Source: Callorhinchus milii
Lineage: Eukaryota
NCBI RefSeq assembly: GCF_018977255.1
Contig: NW_024704743.1
Location: 20,028,001-20,092,000 of the forward strand
DNA: 64,000 nt
Reading direction: 5' to 3'
In this document: one piece after another, positions 23,908 to 37,729 of the stretch
How the letters are laid out: each line of letters starts with the position of its first letter
How positions within the stretch are numbered: position 1 is the stretch's first letter
Translations under genes and position numbers: made by a program
Notes under the pieces: generated by a model
The model's database searches: none
Told to the model about the DNA's origin: nothing
Seen by the model: the letters and a program-made list of their open reading frames with translations, nothing else

Positions 23908-25058
23908 ACAATAACTTGAATTTATATAACACCCTTCAGAAAGGGTACCATCTGGGACCGCAATGTCGAATGAGGCAGCTGATTTTCTCACAGCAATGTC
24001 CTTCAAACAGCTTTTAAACGAATGACGAATTTTATCTAGGGAACAGTTGACCAGAACACCGGGAGAGAGATTTCTTCTTTGTCTCTGTGAATAGTGTTCT
24101 TTCAGGTGTCACCTTTGTGGCAGAACGTTGAAGCCCCCACAATTGGGACTTTGTACAGTACAATGTCAGGGCTGTGCTTCATTGTTGGAAGTCCTTTGTT
24201 AAACCCAGGCCCAGTCTGCTTGTTTAGGTGGACTTTAAAGATGCCATACCACAACTTGAAAAGAGAAAGGACTTTCTCATTCACTTCATTGGATGCTGTG
24301 TTCGCTTACAAAATACACAATTACTGCAGTTCACAGTAAATATCCTGTGAAAGGCTTTGAGATGGCTCAACAATGTGATAGGGCACTCTATCAAAGGTGA
24401 GGATAATAATTATTATAATGCCATGGATTTTCCTTCAACCAATTTGCGCACAGTGATATCCCACAAATAGCTATGGAAGGAATAAACATTTTTATTTGGG
24501 CTGTTGGCAAGGAATCCAGGACAAATTCATTTTGAATAGTGCTGTGGGATCTTTAGTGTTTGCTTATTGAATAGCAGCCTTTATATTTAGAAGTTTTCCT
24601 CATCAATTTGAAAAAGTTTCTTGATTCAGTTGGAATTATTTCTCCAATCTCAGGTTGTGAAACCAACCCTCCATAATGGATCATGTGGATTGTGACGTTC
24701 CACTTTTAGAGCACACTGTCCCACATAAACACACCTGCAGTGATACACTTACTCACAGACATGAACACATGCATAATACATACAATCAAGTCTCAAATTG
24801 GACCTCTGAGCTCACAGTCTAGGCTGTGGCCTCTCTGTGGTAACTGTGTGCTCGCTCTATGGCAAACACTGGTGTCATGTTTCAGAACTGAGTTATGATT
24901 CAAAAATTACTCTGAAACCTAAGAAACAAGGAAGTTAAAAACCTTATTATTTTCAGTTATTTGCCACTAAAATTATTTAATCAATGCACAAGTGATATTA
25001 CCGCCGACCATTTGCTTTGCGGCTGAAACATCAGCAATTGTGCCATTACTTCCATAAT

Positions 25059-25091
25059 GATGCCATCTGGTGGACAAACTGAAGTACTGTA
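25059..25091 (-). promoter_or_regulatory. Candidate CTCF site with upstream module
   Basis: Minus strand TACAGTACTTCAGTTTGTCCACCAGATGGCATC: core CCACCAGATGGCA plus a TGCAGT-like upstream motif at the expected spacing. Confidence 0.55.
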
Positions 25092-25214
25092 TTGCTCAAT
25101 GTTACATTGATGGAACATGAGGTTTCATATTCATATAATACAAAGGATATACGACGTAAGGAGAATAAATAGAATAAATGCTTAATTAGTGATTTAGAGT
25201 AGTGCTAGTTATCC

Positions 25215-27075
25215 AAATTTAAGGGAGTCCGCTCCGCGGTCACGCCCCCTCCAACTTCCGCCCACCCCCTCCCTCCCACACTCCGACTCCTACCCATCCT
25301 CCCCTGCACACCTTCGTACCCGTTTCTCCACCCTCTGTCACCAAACTCATCCTGTCCCTGAAACCCACCACCTGCTCCCTTGACCCCATCCCCACTCCAC
25401 TCCTTATCCCTCAGCTCCACCTCCTTGCACCACATATCACTGACATCATCAACCTGTCCCTCTCCTCTGGCTCTGTTCCCATTCCCCTAAAAACTGCCAT
25501 CATCACTCCCACTTTGAAAAAACCCTCCCTTGATGTGTCACAGCTATCAAGCTACCGGGCCCATCTCCAACCTCCCCTTCCTGTCCAAGGTCCTTGAAAG
25601 ATTTGTCGCCTCCCAGCTGCGCTCTTTCCTCTCCACCCATGCATTATTCGAACCCCTTCAGTCGGGTTTCCGTGCTGCCCATAGCACAGAAACCACCCTG
25701 GTCAAGGTCACCAATGACATCTTGACCATCTGCGACCAGGGCTCCCTCTGCCTCCTCGTCCTCCTCGACCTATCAGCAGCATTTGATACGGTCGACCACG
25801 CTATCCTTCTCCACCGCTTGTCCTCCCACCTCAACCTTCAAGGCCCTGTCCTTGAGTGGTTTAGGTCGTACCTCTCCCACCGTCTTCATTTTGTTTCCAC
25901 AAACGGCTTTTCCTCCACCCCCGCACTGTCTCGTGCGGTGTCCCTCAGGGCTCTGTCCTCGGTCCCCTCCTCTTCACCCTCTATATGCTCCCCCTCGGTG
26001 ACATCATCCGCAGACATGGGGTTAACTTCCACATGTATGCGGATGACACCCAACTCTACCTTTCCTCCTCTACCTTCAACTCCACGACCACCGATGTCCT
26101 GACAGCTGCCTGTCCGACATCGAGTCCTGGACGAGAGACAACTTTCTTCAGCTCAACGTGCGTAAAACTGAGGCCCTCCTGATTGGCTCACGTCAGCGCC
26201 TCCGCACCTCAGGCGCTGACAGCATCAGCATCCAAGGCTGCACTCTCCACCTCTCAAAGCCAGTCAGGAACCTCAGTGTTCTGTTCGACCCTGAGCTGTC
26301 CTTTCTTCCTCATATCCGCTCCACACCACAACTGGCACCGCCTTCCATCACCTCCGAAACATCGCCAGACTACGGCACTACCTCACCCCTCACGCTGCTG
26401 AAACTCTGGTCCACGCCTTTATCACCTCAAGGCTGGACTATGGGAACTCTCTCCTCGTCGGCCTTCCCGGCACCTCCCTCCACAAGCTGCAGGTCATTCA
26501 GAACTCTGCAGCTCGTGTACTGTCCCGCACCAGGTTTCGTGACCACATCATTCCCACCCTCGCTCTCCTCCACTGGCTCCCCATCCCCCAGAGGATCGAA
26601 TTCAAGATCCTCATCCTCACCTACAAGGCCATTCACGGCCTCACTCCCTCCTACCTCTCTGACCTACTATCCCCCTACCTACCTGCCCGTACCCTCCGTT
26701 CCTCTGGCTCCGGTTTGCTCCATATCCCCCGCCCCAACCGCCCTACCATCGGTGGCCGGGCTTTCAGCCTCTCAGCCCCGAGGCTCTGGATCTCTATCCC
26801 CAGTGCCTTCGCCGCTTCCTCCCTTTCCTCCTTCAAGGCCGGTCTCAAGACCTTTCTCTTTGACCGAGCCTTCAGCTCCCCTCTCAACTCTCTACCCCCT
26901 CCTCGCCCCTTCCCTTCCCTCCCCTCACCCTGACCATTGCCCCCCTCCTCGCTCCCTCCCTTCCCTCCCCTCACCCTGACCATTTCCCCTTGCTCGGGTC
27001 CTGACCCAACTGTCCAGCGCTTCGGGACGTACTCCCGACGTGAAAGGCGCTCTATAAATGGAATCTTGTTGTTGA
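25215..27075 (+). mobile_element. 5'-truncated L2-clade LINE, ORF2 RT region with frameshifts
   Basis: [47 protein letters not shown]; 3' tail gtgaaaggcgctctataaatggaatcttgttgttg. Confidence 0.95.
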
Positions 27076-27364
27076 CGTTGTTATATTTTAATTAATCTAG
27101 CATCACTTGAATTTGAAATAATACGGTACCAACCGTACGTAAGTGCTAACAATAAAAATGTTCTATAATTTACCAATATTAAATTGTAAATCAGCATAAC
27201 AAACTCCATCAGTTTAAATAAACTAATAATAATCCTTCCATTTGATATAGCACCTTATTACTTTGTTGAAATGTCTCAAAGCACTTCACAGTGCATACTG
27301 CAATGTGAATTGACTGTATATTTTGTTATATTTAGTTTCACATTCTAACCGCATTGTCTTTCTT

Positions 27365-27785
27365 GTCCACATCTCACCAGTTCTGGCCAGGCTCCAAAAC
27401 GGATCGACTTCAAGATCCTCACTCTCCTGTTCAAACCCATTCGCTCCCTGGCACCTCCCTACCTCCTCACTCCGCAATCCACCACCCGGCACCTCCGCTC
27501 AACTGGCACCGGCCTCGTGTTCATCCCTCGCACTCTCCGCCCCACCATCGGAGGTCGTGCTTTCAGCCACTACGCCCCAAAACTCTGGATCACTCTCCCT
27601 CAATCCCTCCAGCTTGCCCCCTCTCTCCCCTCTTCAAGTCCCACCTGAAGACTTTCCTGTTCAACCGTGCTTATGGCCACCTCCCCTCGTCCCCCTGGCT
27701 CGGGGTCAGACTCCGCCACTGTTCAGTGCTCTGAGACACTAACCTGCGAAGAGGGCGCTATATAAGTGCATGTTGTTGTTGTTGT
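27365..27785 (+). mobile_element. L2 LINE 3' fragment, second subfamily
   Basis: ccatcggaggtcgtgctttcagccactacgcccc; tail gggcgctatataagtgcatgttgttgttg; similar to 59945-60320. Confidence 0.85.
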
Positions 27786-29859
27786 TTCTGCGTGCTTGAT
27801 GCAGAAAATATAAAAAGGGTAAACAACAAGAACTGAGAGTACATGAGATTTCAAAAACTAGAAAATGTTTCATTTTTGTGCGTTATCATAATAAGCGCTC
27901 AAGAAAAGGCCAAGATTAACACTCCTTTAATGCAACAATAAAATTTCCATTCCCATAAACATCCAAATGATAAATTATGAGTCCATTGCCCAGTGACATT
28001 TTAAAATCTCCTGAATCCAAGTGTTTAATGATTGCATTTTGCTTCCAGTTAGTAGTAGATTTAAAATGTAATTAGATCATATAAATCGGTACTATTTGCA
28101 ACATGATGCATTATTCAATGTTCCATTTAAGTATCATCAGCTGAAAACATTCTTTGGTCTTGTGTGGTAGACATTGTTACCAATTTGGCCTTTGCACCAG
28201 GACCCGAGATCTGAAATTCCACCTAGTTTTAGCCTAAGGCAATTATTTTGGCTGCAAGCAGAATACCAAGGAAGCACAACGCAAAGAGAATCAGCACAAG
28301 AATTAGAATCGTGGGAAATTGTGAACTTCAGCCTTAATTTGGAAGCTGTTTCTGTTTAAGAACTGAAACAATTGACTTTAAAGACTTAATACTGTACTGA
28401 ATTTAAGATTTTCCATACTTCTGCGCTATTGTCTAATAATTTAAGACAAAATAACTTTAGCTGGAGCTTTCCAGTACCTATAATTGGAAATTCTGTCAAA
28501 TAATTTACTTTTGTTGTGAGAGGTTAGAACAGACGAGTGTGCTACATTGAGGCTATTATCTTGAAAGGAAGACTGTCATGTCATCGACGTATAAAAAAAA
28601 GTCTGGTTTTGGCTGAAGTTGCAAAGTTTTATTCAACATGAGAGCCAAATAAGCAGCAAATTCACAGCATGCCAAACTGAATCCAACTAGGGTTCAGAGT
28701 TTCACAGCAGTGCTGCATAATTATGTGTGATTGTTTTTACAGTACCCACTGGGGAAAAGCAGCAGAAGCCTGTTTTTATTATGGCAAATAAATAAGAAAG
28801 TAAACAAAGTTGAGAATGAGAAAAGGTCATTTCGCCAATTGAAGCCCATTGCTTTTGGATATAACTTTCAGATCATGTCATCTAATTACTTTTTCAATAA
28901 CCCCAATGCTGTTGCATCGATTTCATTGCTCGGTTTAAGATGATTTTTAAATTGTTATCACTCTTTGAGTAAAGTGTTTTTTTTCTGACATCTGTTCTAA
29001 ATTTACTTTTCACTAATTTCCATTTATGTCCTCTGGTCCCACTTTTGTGACTGACTTTGATGTAATGGTCTAGGTTTTCCTTATCTATATAATTTTATGT
29101 ACTCAGAAGTCCCTTCTTAACCATCACTTTCCTTCATCATAAAGCTTACATTTCTTCAATCTTTCTTCGTCTCTCATCCCCTTTACACTTGGGATTAGTT
29201 TGCTGCTCTTTTCTATAACTTCTCTAATTAAAGTCTAGCTTTTTTATGGTGTGGTAACCCAGATTGAACAGAATTATAATGTTCATTTTGTACTCCGGAA
29301 GCAAGGTAACATCGCTTCCCCTTGTAGAATGCAAAATTGCAGTTATATTGCCTGCTTGAAATCATTGCTGCCTGAGGCTGAAGAGAGCTCTGGGTTTGCA
29401 CAATTAAACCTCAGTGTGACCAAAGAAACAAACTCTCCAATAACATTAAGAACCTGGGCCCAAATTTCTACCTACCCTGTCAAGCAAAACCATTTTCTTA
29501 ACATTTAAGGTCATCATTCAGAACTCTTGACAATTCAAATTCAATCTTAATTTCAAATCCGCTTTTGCACAGCAATGTTTAAGAACTGCAGAAACTGTCG
29601 TAAGGTCTCAAGGCTAACAATACATGGAATTTGGGTCTTTGGAGAGCCTGAGAAGTTTAAAAATATAAGTTTAAATGTTTGTTTGGATTTGACACCAATA
29701 TTCATTCAATTATACTGTAGTTCTTTACATCAATTCTGATGCAAAGATCACAGCAGTGTTGGTGGTTTCTCCGGGACGCTGCCCCATATGAAGGATACTA
29801 AATAAATGCAAGTTGTTGGTAGTTTCAGGAACATGGCTCAAAATGGATTGATGAGAATT

Positions 29860-30057
29860 ACAACAAGTTTCATTTATAAAGCACCCTTCACATGGGGCAG
29901 CGTCCTGGAGTATTTGATAGTGGCAGAGTCTGATCCAGAGCCAAGGGGAGAGGGAGTGGGAAGGTGACCGTAAGCACAACCAAATAGAAAGGTCTTTAGG
30001 CAGAAATTGAAAGAGGGGAGGGAGGGGGCAAGGTGGAGGGATTGAGATAGAGAGTTC
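29860..30057 (-). mobile_element. L2 3'-end fragment on the minus strand
   Basis: Translates [16 protein letters not shown]...LKTFLF; L2 tail reverse complement near 29865-29890. Confidence 0.8.
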
Positions 30058-30575
30058 CTCAGAGCTCTGTCCTTGGTCCCCTCCTTTTCAATATTTATAT
30101 GCTTCCTCTTGGTGGCATCATCCGCAGACATGGGGTCAACTTCCACATGTATGCGGATGACACCCAATTCTACTTCTCTGCCTCCATCCTTGACTCCAGG
30201 ACTACTGCTGTCCTGACTCAATGTCAGTCAGACATCAAGTCCTGGATGAGAGCTAACTTTCTACAGTTGAACATCAACAAGTCCACGTTTTTCCTGATTG
30301 GCTCCCGTCAGTGCCTCCGCACCTCAACCACTGACAGCGTCAACATCCACGGATGCACACTCCACCTTGCTAAGCCAGTCCAGAACCTTGGGGTCTTGTT
30401 TGACCCTCAACTGTCCTTTCTACCCCACATCCATGCCATGGCCCGCTATGCCTTCCCCCCCCTTCAATATCGCCCAGCTCTGCCACTGTCTCACACCACA
30501 GGCCGCCGAGACCCTCGTACATGCATTCATAACATCGAGGCTCAACTATCCAAACTCCCTGCTGGTCGGCCTGAT
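30054..30575 (+). mobile_element. L2 RT fragment
   Basis: [30 protein letters not shown]. Confidence 0.9.
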
Positions 30576-30959
30576 TGTTTCACCACATATCTGAACATTG
30601 AAAGTAATGTTATATTATTATTGCAAGATTTCTATCTAATATCCCTGCTCTAATTTCATTCAATTGATCATGTTCAACACCTCTGCTTTTTTAAAACTTT
30701 GAAAGAGCTAACACTGATCAATATATTTCCCGCATGTCCATCCTTTTGATTAACTGGCCTAAAATCCTTTCTGCGTCCTCTTCTGTTCCCCCTTCATTGT
30801 GTTGTCGCTTTACATTTGATCAATTTACAGCTGGTTTTACTATCCAGATCATTTATTTAGTTTAGAAACAATGGGTAAATATTGTGCTGTTACCACTTTT
30901 ATGCTAATTAACATTGATAATTCATTTAGCAATTATTACCACCAACTCATTCAGCTCCC

Positions 30960-31500
30960 TTCCAAACAATCCTTTTCTCCCAAACTCCCCAGCTCCTCCA
31001 TACGCAAGCTACAGAATATCCAGAGGTCTGGTGCCTGTGTCTTCTTCCCGCACCAGGCGGGAAAAAGCTCATTACCCCATCCTTGTTTAGCTCCACCAAC
31101 TCTCTGTCCCCCAGCGGATCAAATTCAAGATTTTCATCCTCAATTTTAAATCCCTCTAGACCCGGTCCACCCTATCTCTGTGACTTCCTGTGACCCCACT
31201 GCCCTAACCATTCCTCGGCCGAGCAAGCACTGCCCTGCTTCATGTCCTCCACCCCTTCTGCCCCACAATTAGAGTGGGTGTGGGGGACATATTCAGCTAT
31301 TCTGTCGCTGTCCTCGGGAACTCCATCCCAGAATCTCCATGCCTTACCCCCTCCTTCCCCACCCTTAAACCCCACCTTAAAACCTATCTTTCCGACAGTG
31401 GCCACCTTTTTCCCCCTACCACAGCTCCCTCCCCCCTCCTCAGTTGTCCGAAGCATTTCGAAACATCTTCTGATGTGAAAGGCACAATATAAATGTAAAT
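30960..31500 (+). mobile_element. Old L2 3' fragment
   Basis: SSIRKLQNIQ motif and gtgaaaggcacaatataaatgtaa tail. Confidence 0.7.
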
Positions 31501-33694
31501 TGATCAATTTACAATTGGATTGCCCACTACCTGTGTTAACTAACATAACATTGTTAAATTGATTATTGATATTAATTAGCACATCACAGCACACAAAATG
31601 CTACAAGCAAGAACCTCGAACCAACATCTTCAGATTTTCAAGCCTCCTCCAGTGGGAACCACCGCCTGCTTTCCTCCGCTCATCCCAACAGCATAAGTTT
31701 TAGTCAGGAGAAGAAACGGGGATGGAATGCTTCTCCGCACAAACACAGAGCTGAAGGCAGACCCATGCCCACATCACAAATTACACTGATCGGCCCCAGC
31801 AGGAGGAACATCTGGTAAAAGTGATTTGGTGATCAGGGGTCAGCATCACCAGTAGAATTCCCAGAGAACCAAGTTTGAATAAACTAATCCTGCCATAAAT
31901 GTAAAATAAATCACCTATTCTTCCTGGGTTGTACTTTCAGGCTCCTTTGGACATAAAAGAATGCAGTGACGATCTCTCCTCAGGACACCACAAGATCCAA
32001 ATACTGTATCTCAACAACAAAGGGACAATTAAAATGTCTATTTGAGGCTCTTTCTAAATGCCTTTATTCCTGTTGGGCTTTTTGAAATCAGCTGATGGAA
32101 ATCAATTTACAGTTGATGAAGAAATTAAGTATTCGCATTTGTGTTATACATCGTCTGATTCAAGTCGCAATGAACAAATTAGCTGCCAGGTTTGGTTTCT
32201 GGCAGATAACATTTGGCAGGTTTACTGGCTACTTATGTGTAGTAGGTGACAGGAAATCCCAGACGTAAACATTATTTTTAGATTTCTGTATAAAGTCGCC
32301 CAAAGCATTAACTGCAACTTCCCAAGTACTAAACATCTTATTGAAAAGAAATGTTCACAATACAGTAGTTTTCTATATACGACATGTTGATTTTACATCT
32401 CAAAGTTCACCATGTATTCATCAATGTAATAATAACAGTAATAATAGTTGGAAACATAGGATTTTTAATGAAAATAAACAGTAAACATAAACTGCTCCTC
32501 GTTTGTTCCAGGATATACAGTAGTGAGTTACACAAACCTCACTTCATTTTGATTCCTATTAATCTAAGTACAGTGCTTTACTTAACCTATTTTTTGGCAT
32601 GAGAAATTGTAGTAGCATGTGTGGGTGTTAACACAATCTTAGCCCAGAATGTGATGCTCCCTGTCTGTAGTGTATTGATATAGTGGCCAAGATCAAGGTC
32701 AGGTTTCTAAAGTGTTTTCTGATTCAAAAATGTCCTTGAGGTGCCAGACATGAATCAGTCTGTTTTCTGTTATCTTAAATGAAATGAGTTTTATTTCCAG
32801 CAATAGTATAATTAAGCCTGTCATAGGCTAAAGCAGATTGATAGAATATTTTTAATACTTCTGCTGCAGATTAGTTGTTGCATTTCCCTACTCTTCAAAT
32901 TAATTAATTGTGTGAAGCACTTTGAGATGTATAGATGTAAAAATCACTATAACAAATAGAAGTATTATTCTCATCGATCTATACTAAGAAACAGGTACAG
33001 CAACAATTTGCATTTATATAGTGCCTTTCGCTTGGGGACACCTCTTCAAATAGTTCAAAAAACTGATATAACAGTGAGAATCTTATACATTATTTGTTAC
33101 CTTCAACAACGTTTGTGTTCTGCAAAATGTTTCTTTTTCCAATGACTGAATATTGTAACTTTGCTAGGCAGGTTACAGAATAAACCTATATCTTGTCCCT
33201 GGATTTAGTTCACTTCCTGAAATGCGTCAAAGCACATCACAGCAAGTTTTTTGTAGAAGTTCAATCACAAAATAAATGGTTAAAATATAAGCACACAGTG
33301 ACTTTATTGAGTGGTACAGACATTCTGACGTTGATTCTAGTGAACCAGAAAGCTTTATAATTGTCACGTATACTCCTGGTAACACTTTATGCGAAAGATG
33401 AATAATGTACCAGTATTGGAATGGAATGTCTGAATTTTGCTGCAACATCAGAACAAGAATTGGTCTGTTTCTCATATGAGGAAAGCTGAGGAATAACCCC
33501 TCTGGCCCTGACATCTGGCTGAAAAAAATATATACTTTTTTAAACTTTAAAAAATTTAAATTCAAATTTAATTAATTTTAAATTCAAATCTGAGAGGAAA
33601 ATGAATTTAATTCTTTTCAGATTCAATGTCAAACTTGAATTTGCAGAACATTTTTAAAAATATTTAATCAAGTGCAATATAATAAATATAATAC

Positions 33695-34130
33695 TTGCTT
33701 TTGGTATAGTACTTTCACATTGGAAGGACGTCTGAAAACACTTCATGAGAGTTTTACTGTAAAGTGCAATGACCATGTACAGTATCTGTGGACAAATGTG
33801 GTCACCAATTTACACACAGCAATGTCCCATAAACAGCCATGAAGTGAATATTCAATATTACTAGGAGGTTCATTGGGGAGGACACCTTTTTTCAATTACT
33901 GCCATGGGATCTTTAACGTCCTCCTGATCAGGCAGACGGGATCTTTCTTTAACATCTCATCTGAAAGGCAGTAACTCTGACAATGCAATGCACTTTCAGC
34001 ACTGCATTGAAATGTGAGCCTAGACATCGTGAGTTGTCATATATGAGCCTCATAATCTAACGTGAGGCTTGAACCCACAATCTCTGGCTCAGTAGAAAAC
34101 GTGCAACCAGCTGAACCAAGCTGACACCCA
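33695..34130 (-). mobile_element. Deu-domain SINE, family B
   Basis: tgccatgggatctttaacgtcc core in reverse orientation; head at about 34060-34128. Confidence 0.8.
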
Positions 34131-37100
34131 CATAGATTGCACAGCAAGGAAACAGGCCATTCGGGCCCCACTGGTACATGTCTCAACCTATTAATGTACT
34201 TTGTTCTCTGCTGCAAACACAGATAATTTGGAAAGTTGGTAAGTTAATATAGATAAGGTAAATTAAGGCTGTTCTTGCAGAGCATCAGTTGAAACGGTCA
34301 GAAAAGAAAGTTTTTTTAAAAAAACAACTATTGGGAATATCTAAAGACAAAGGGATTAGAAACAGACAATATGAATGAAACCATCAGAGAATGCAAAGAA
34401 ATGGACAGGTGAGTAAAAATACATATTAAGTATTGTTACTAAGACTGGAAGATAAACGTCCAATGTAAATATTGGAAGTAGATACAATACAAAAACAATA
34501 ATCCTATCTCTCTAGGAATTCAATGTTACATTGTATTCACAAAATAACCTCCAGTACTGAACATGAAATTGGAAACCTTTGCGAAACTGGATGAAACATT
34601 GCTTCTGACGGTGTATATTTTCCATTGCCAAGTGATACTACATGTTAGATCCATAGGGATAAATGCTTTATTCATGAGAAAGAAACCAAAGCACCCGTAT
34701 TCTTTAATTAATATTGTTACTCTGCAATTCCTAATTTTAAAAAAATAAATTCACAACCACTGCACCATTCCAGCTCTTCATACATGTCACTCTTTTTTAT
34801 GAACCGTTTAATTAGCCACACCACTAAATATCAACCATCCGTCATGCAGTACAATTGGTCCAAGCAACATCCATCTTTATTTTGAATAACTTCAAATACT
34901 TTTTAGACAGCTAGACTTCACGGACCCTCAGGCACCTTCATTATGCTCAGTATTTTGAAATTACACCTTATCTATGGAAACATGGCTTCATGAACAGTTA
35001 TTATATACAAGTTATGAATTCCAATGTGTAATATCCTTCATGATTGCACTTTTACTTTTTCCCTTTCACATTTTTTCTCTCCTCTCCCTCCCAAAGGCAT
35101 TTGACTTCCTTACGTTTTCCTTCTATGACTCCACAGGCACCAGGCACTCTCTTATAACTTGCTCAGGTAATTATTAATCACATGCATTAGTACTCAATGT
35201 CAGCAGAGTACTGTATTTGATTCTGGGGCTACCATATCCTAAACCAATCCTGTCCTCACCAAGCTTCTACACAATCACCTTTTCCAGCAGGAGTCTCTGG
35301 ATGGTACTCAAGAGAGGAAATCTTGTTTTAATTTACCCAATTGCAGCAGTTCAACTGCTCCCATCAGCTAATGCAAACTGGGATTCAAACCCACAACTTT
35401 TGTAGTCTGTATGGTCCAATGCCTTATCCAATGGTGTCTTTACCTATTGTGCGATCAGGGATGCTCTGAATTACTTTTGAATGTTATGTAATTTAAAGCT
35501 AGCAAGAGGTTGTTCTATGGAAAACATCCATTTTGTGTCCAAATGTTACAGTACCATTTGAAGTTATCGCCCATTCCGAAGAGAGCAGAGCTTCAACAGA
35601 TAGCAATCAATATAAATAATAACAGAAAATACTGAATAGCAAGTTAATCATTGTCTGAAAGAGAGGAGGGGAAAGCAGGTTACTACAGAGGGGAAATCTG
35701 CTTCGAGGAAAACCAAGTCAGCTGCTTTTTGAAATAAGGACTCAATCCAGTCTTGTTCCTCCCCAAGGAATTTTTCTTCCTTTCTAATAAACAGCAGGTG
35801 ACTGTAATTCTTCACATTGATTGCTAATTACATAACTAAAACCATGTGTAAACATTTGCCCATGATTAACCCAACCTGCAAATTAGACCTCAATGTTCCA
35901 ACCTGTTCCACCACAATAAGTAATCCCTTTAACCTGGTTTAAACCTGAACAGTTTCACAGATTGATTCCGATGAACCCCTTCAACCCATTTAATCTCAAT
36001 CGTTCCAGGATACTCACTCCTCCATCAGGCCAAAGAGAGGACAGTTTCTCCATGTGTCTTGGTCAACAGTACCCAAACAAAATTGGCCATTCATCTTCAT
36101 GTTTGCTTGTGGGATGTTGCTGTATGCAAATTGGTTGCTGCGTTCACCTCCAACATGTACAGTCACTGCACTTTACAGTATATCATGTGAAGTACTTTGA
36201 GATATCCTCCTGACCTGAAAGGCTCAATATCAAATGTAAGTTTTTTTATATATGTATAGTACAAACTTGTGTAAAATTTTCTTTTTGGTCATTTTAAGCA
36301 ATGGTGTATCTCTAGGATAACAGAAAGGCTGTAATAGCTGTGTTATTAACCTTAGTGCATGATAAACTGTACATAAAATTGAAGGGCACTGATGTATACT
36401 CACCATTTAATTGACAAAGAAATCTTGCCTATTAATGTCATTTCTTATTCATAACTATATTGTATACTAGGGTCTAAATTGTGATATTTCTTAACAGGAA
36501 TCCTTAATAGTTTCCTCCTGTAAGCAGAAGGACTCCGAAATTAGTTTGTATTGCAATATAATTGTTTTGGAATGATGTGATCTACTTCTGGTTGTGGAAA
36601 GTGCTTCCATTTTCTTGACTGAGTTGTTAATAACAAATCTCATCAAGAAACAAGCCAATTTAGAACTCGTTGATTATACCCAAATAGTAAATATTATTTC
36701 TTATGTTTTAACAATACAAATATTTTTCCTGAAATATACTAGGTAGGAAGTTTTGCCCTTGGAGGATACAACTGATTCCATCGGTTATAATAACCCTTTC
36801 ATTAGTTATAATAAGTGACCTATGACAGATACTGAATCACTTAACTCTGCACTCAACAACATAATTACCGTAAAAGGTTACAATACTGCAGTTTTGTGAT
36901 TGTAAGGATTCAGGTCAACAGTTCACTGAGTTTATGGAGCTACATTCACTCTCAGCACATTTGTTACCAATTTGGTTTTAACTAAGTCCTAAACAAAATG
37001 CTGTAGTAATATAACATGCTTTCATTAAAATATTTTTAAACCTCAACACTACCCAAAATTGATGCATTTTATAGAATTCCAAAGTCCAATTCTTTTCCAG

Positions 37101-37729
37101 CAAATAATAAAATTAAGTTTGGGCCGAAATTTGAAGTCTTTTTTAAAAAAAATCCACGTTTCTGCAAATTCTTCTGAATTGAGTAAAAGTTATGTATAAT
37201 TTACAAAAGTTTTTTTTCTTCCTTTTTTCAGCATCTGCATTCTTGCAGGCTTACCCACCAAGCCATATTGCTGCAAATGACTGTTACAGGTATTCATGTT
37301 TTCCTAGAGAACTGATCAGCAAATTGCTGATGCTGCAACTTAGATTTAGAATGTGTGATGTTTGAAATATTGTATATTAAATGGCAACCTGGGGCAAATC
37401 GCTGGCAGTTTTATAGGTAATATTTTTGCCTTCTTTGGTTTATTTAAACAAATAACATTTTCAAAAAGTCTAAAATTCCTTGCAAAAGGATTGTGATGTT
37501 TCTGGCAGGTGTGAGGCCGAAATCTGAGCCCTAAAGTTGTCTTTGCTTGTTTTCTTTGTCCTTTTCAAACTCATCAACCCAACTCAAAATAGCATAAATG
37601 TGTCAAATGATCTCTGAAAAAGATCTTCCAGAGTTTGAGTCTTGTTTTAAGTCTACTCAGCTAGACAATGATACCGGAAATCCACAGTCTGTTCAAAGAA
37701 AGTCATTTCAGCATATCGAGGCTCGGTCC

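Noticed and set aside
37232..37289. Possible plus-strand exon (polypyrimidine-AG ... AG|GTATTC); similar candidate near 45854-45920
   Set aside because: Splice-like signals only, no recognisable peptide; cannot be supported without transcript data.
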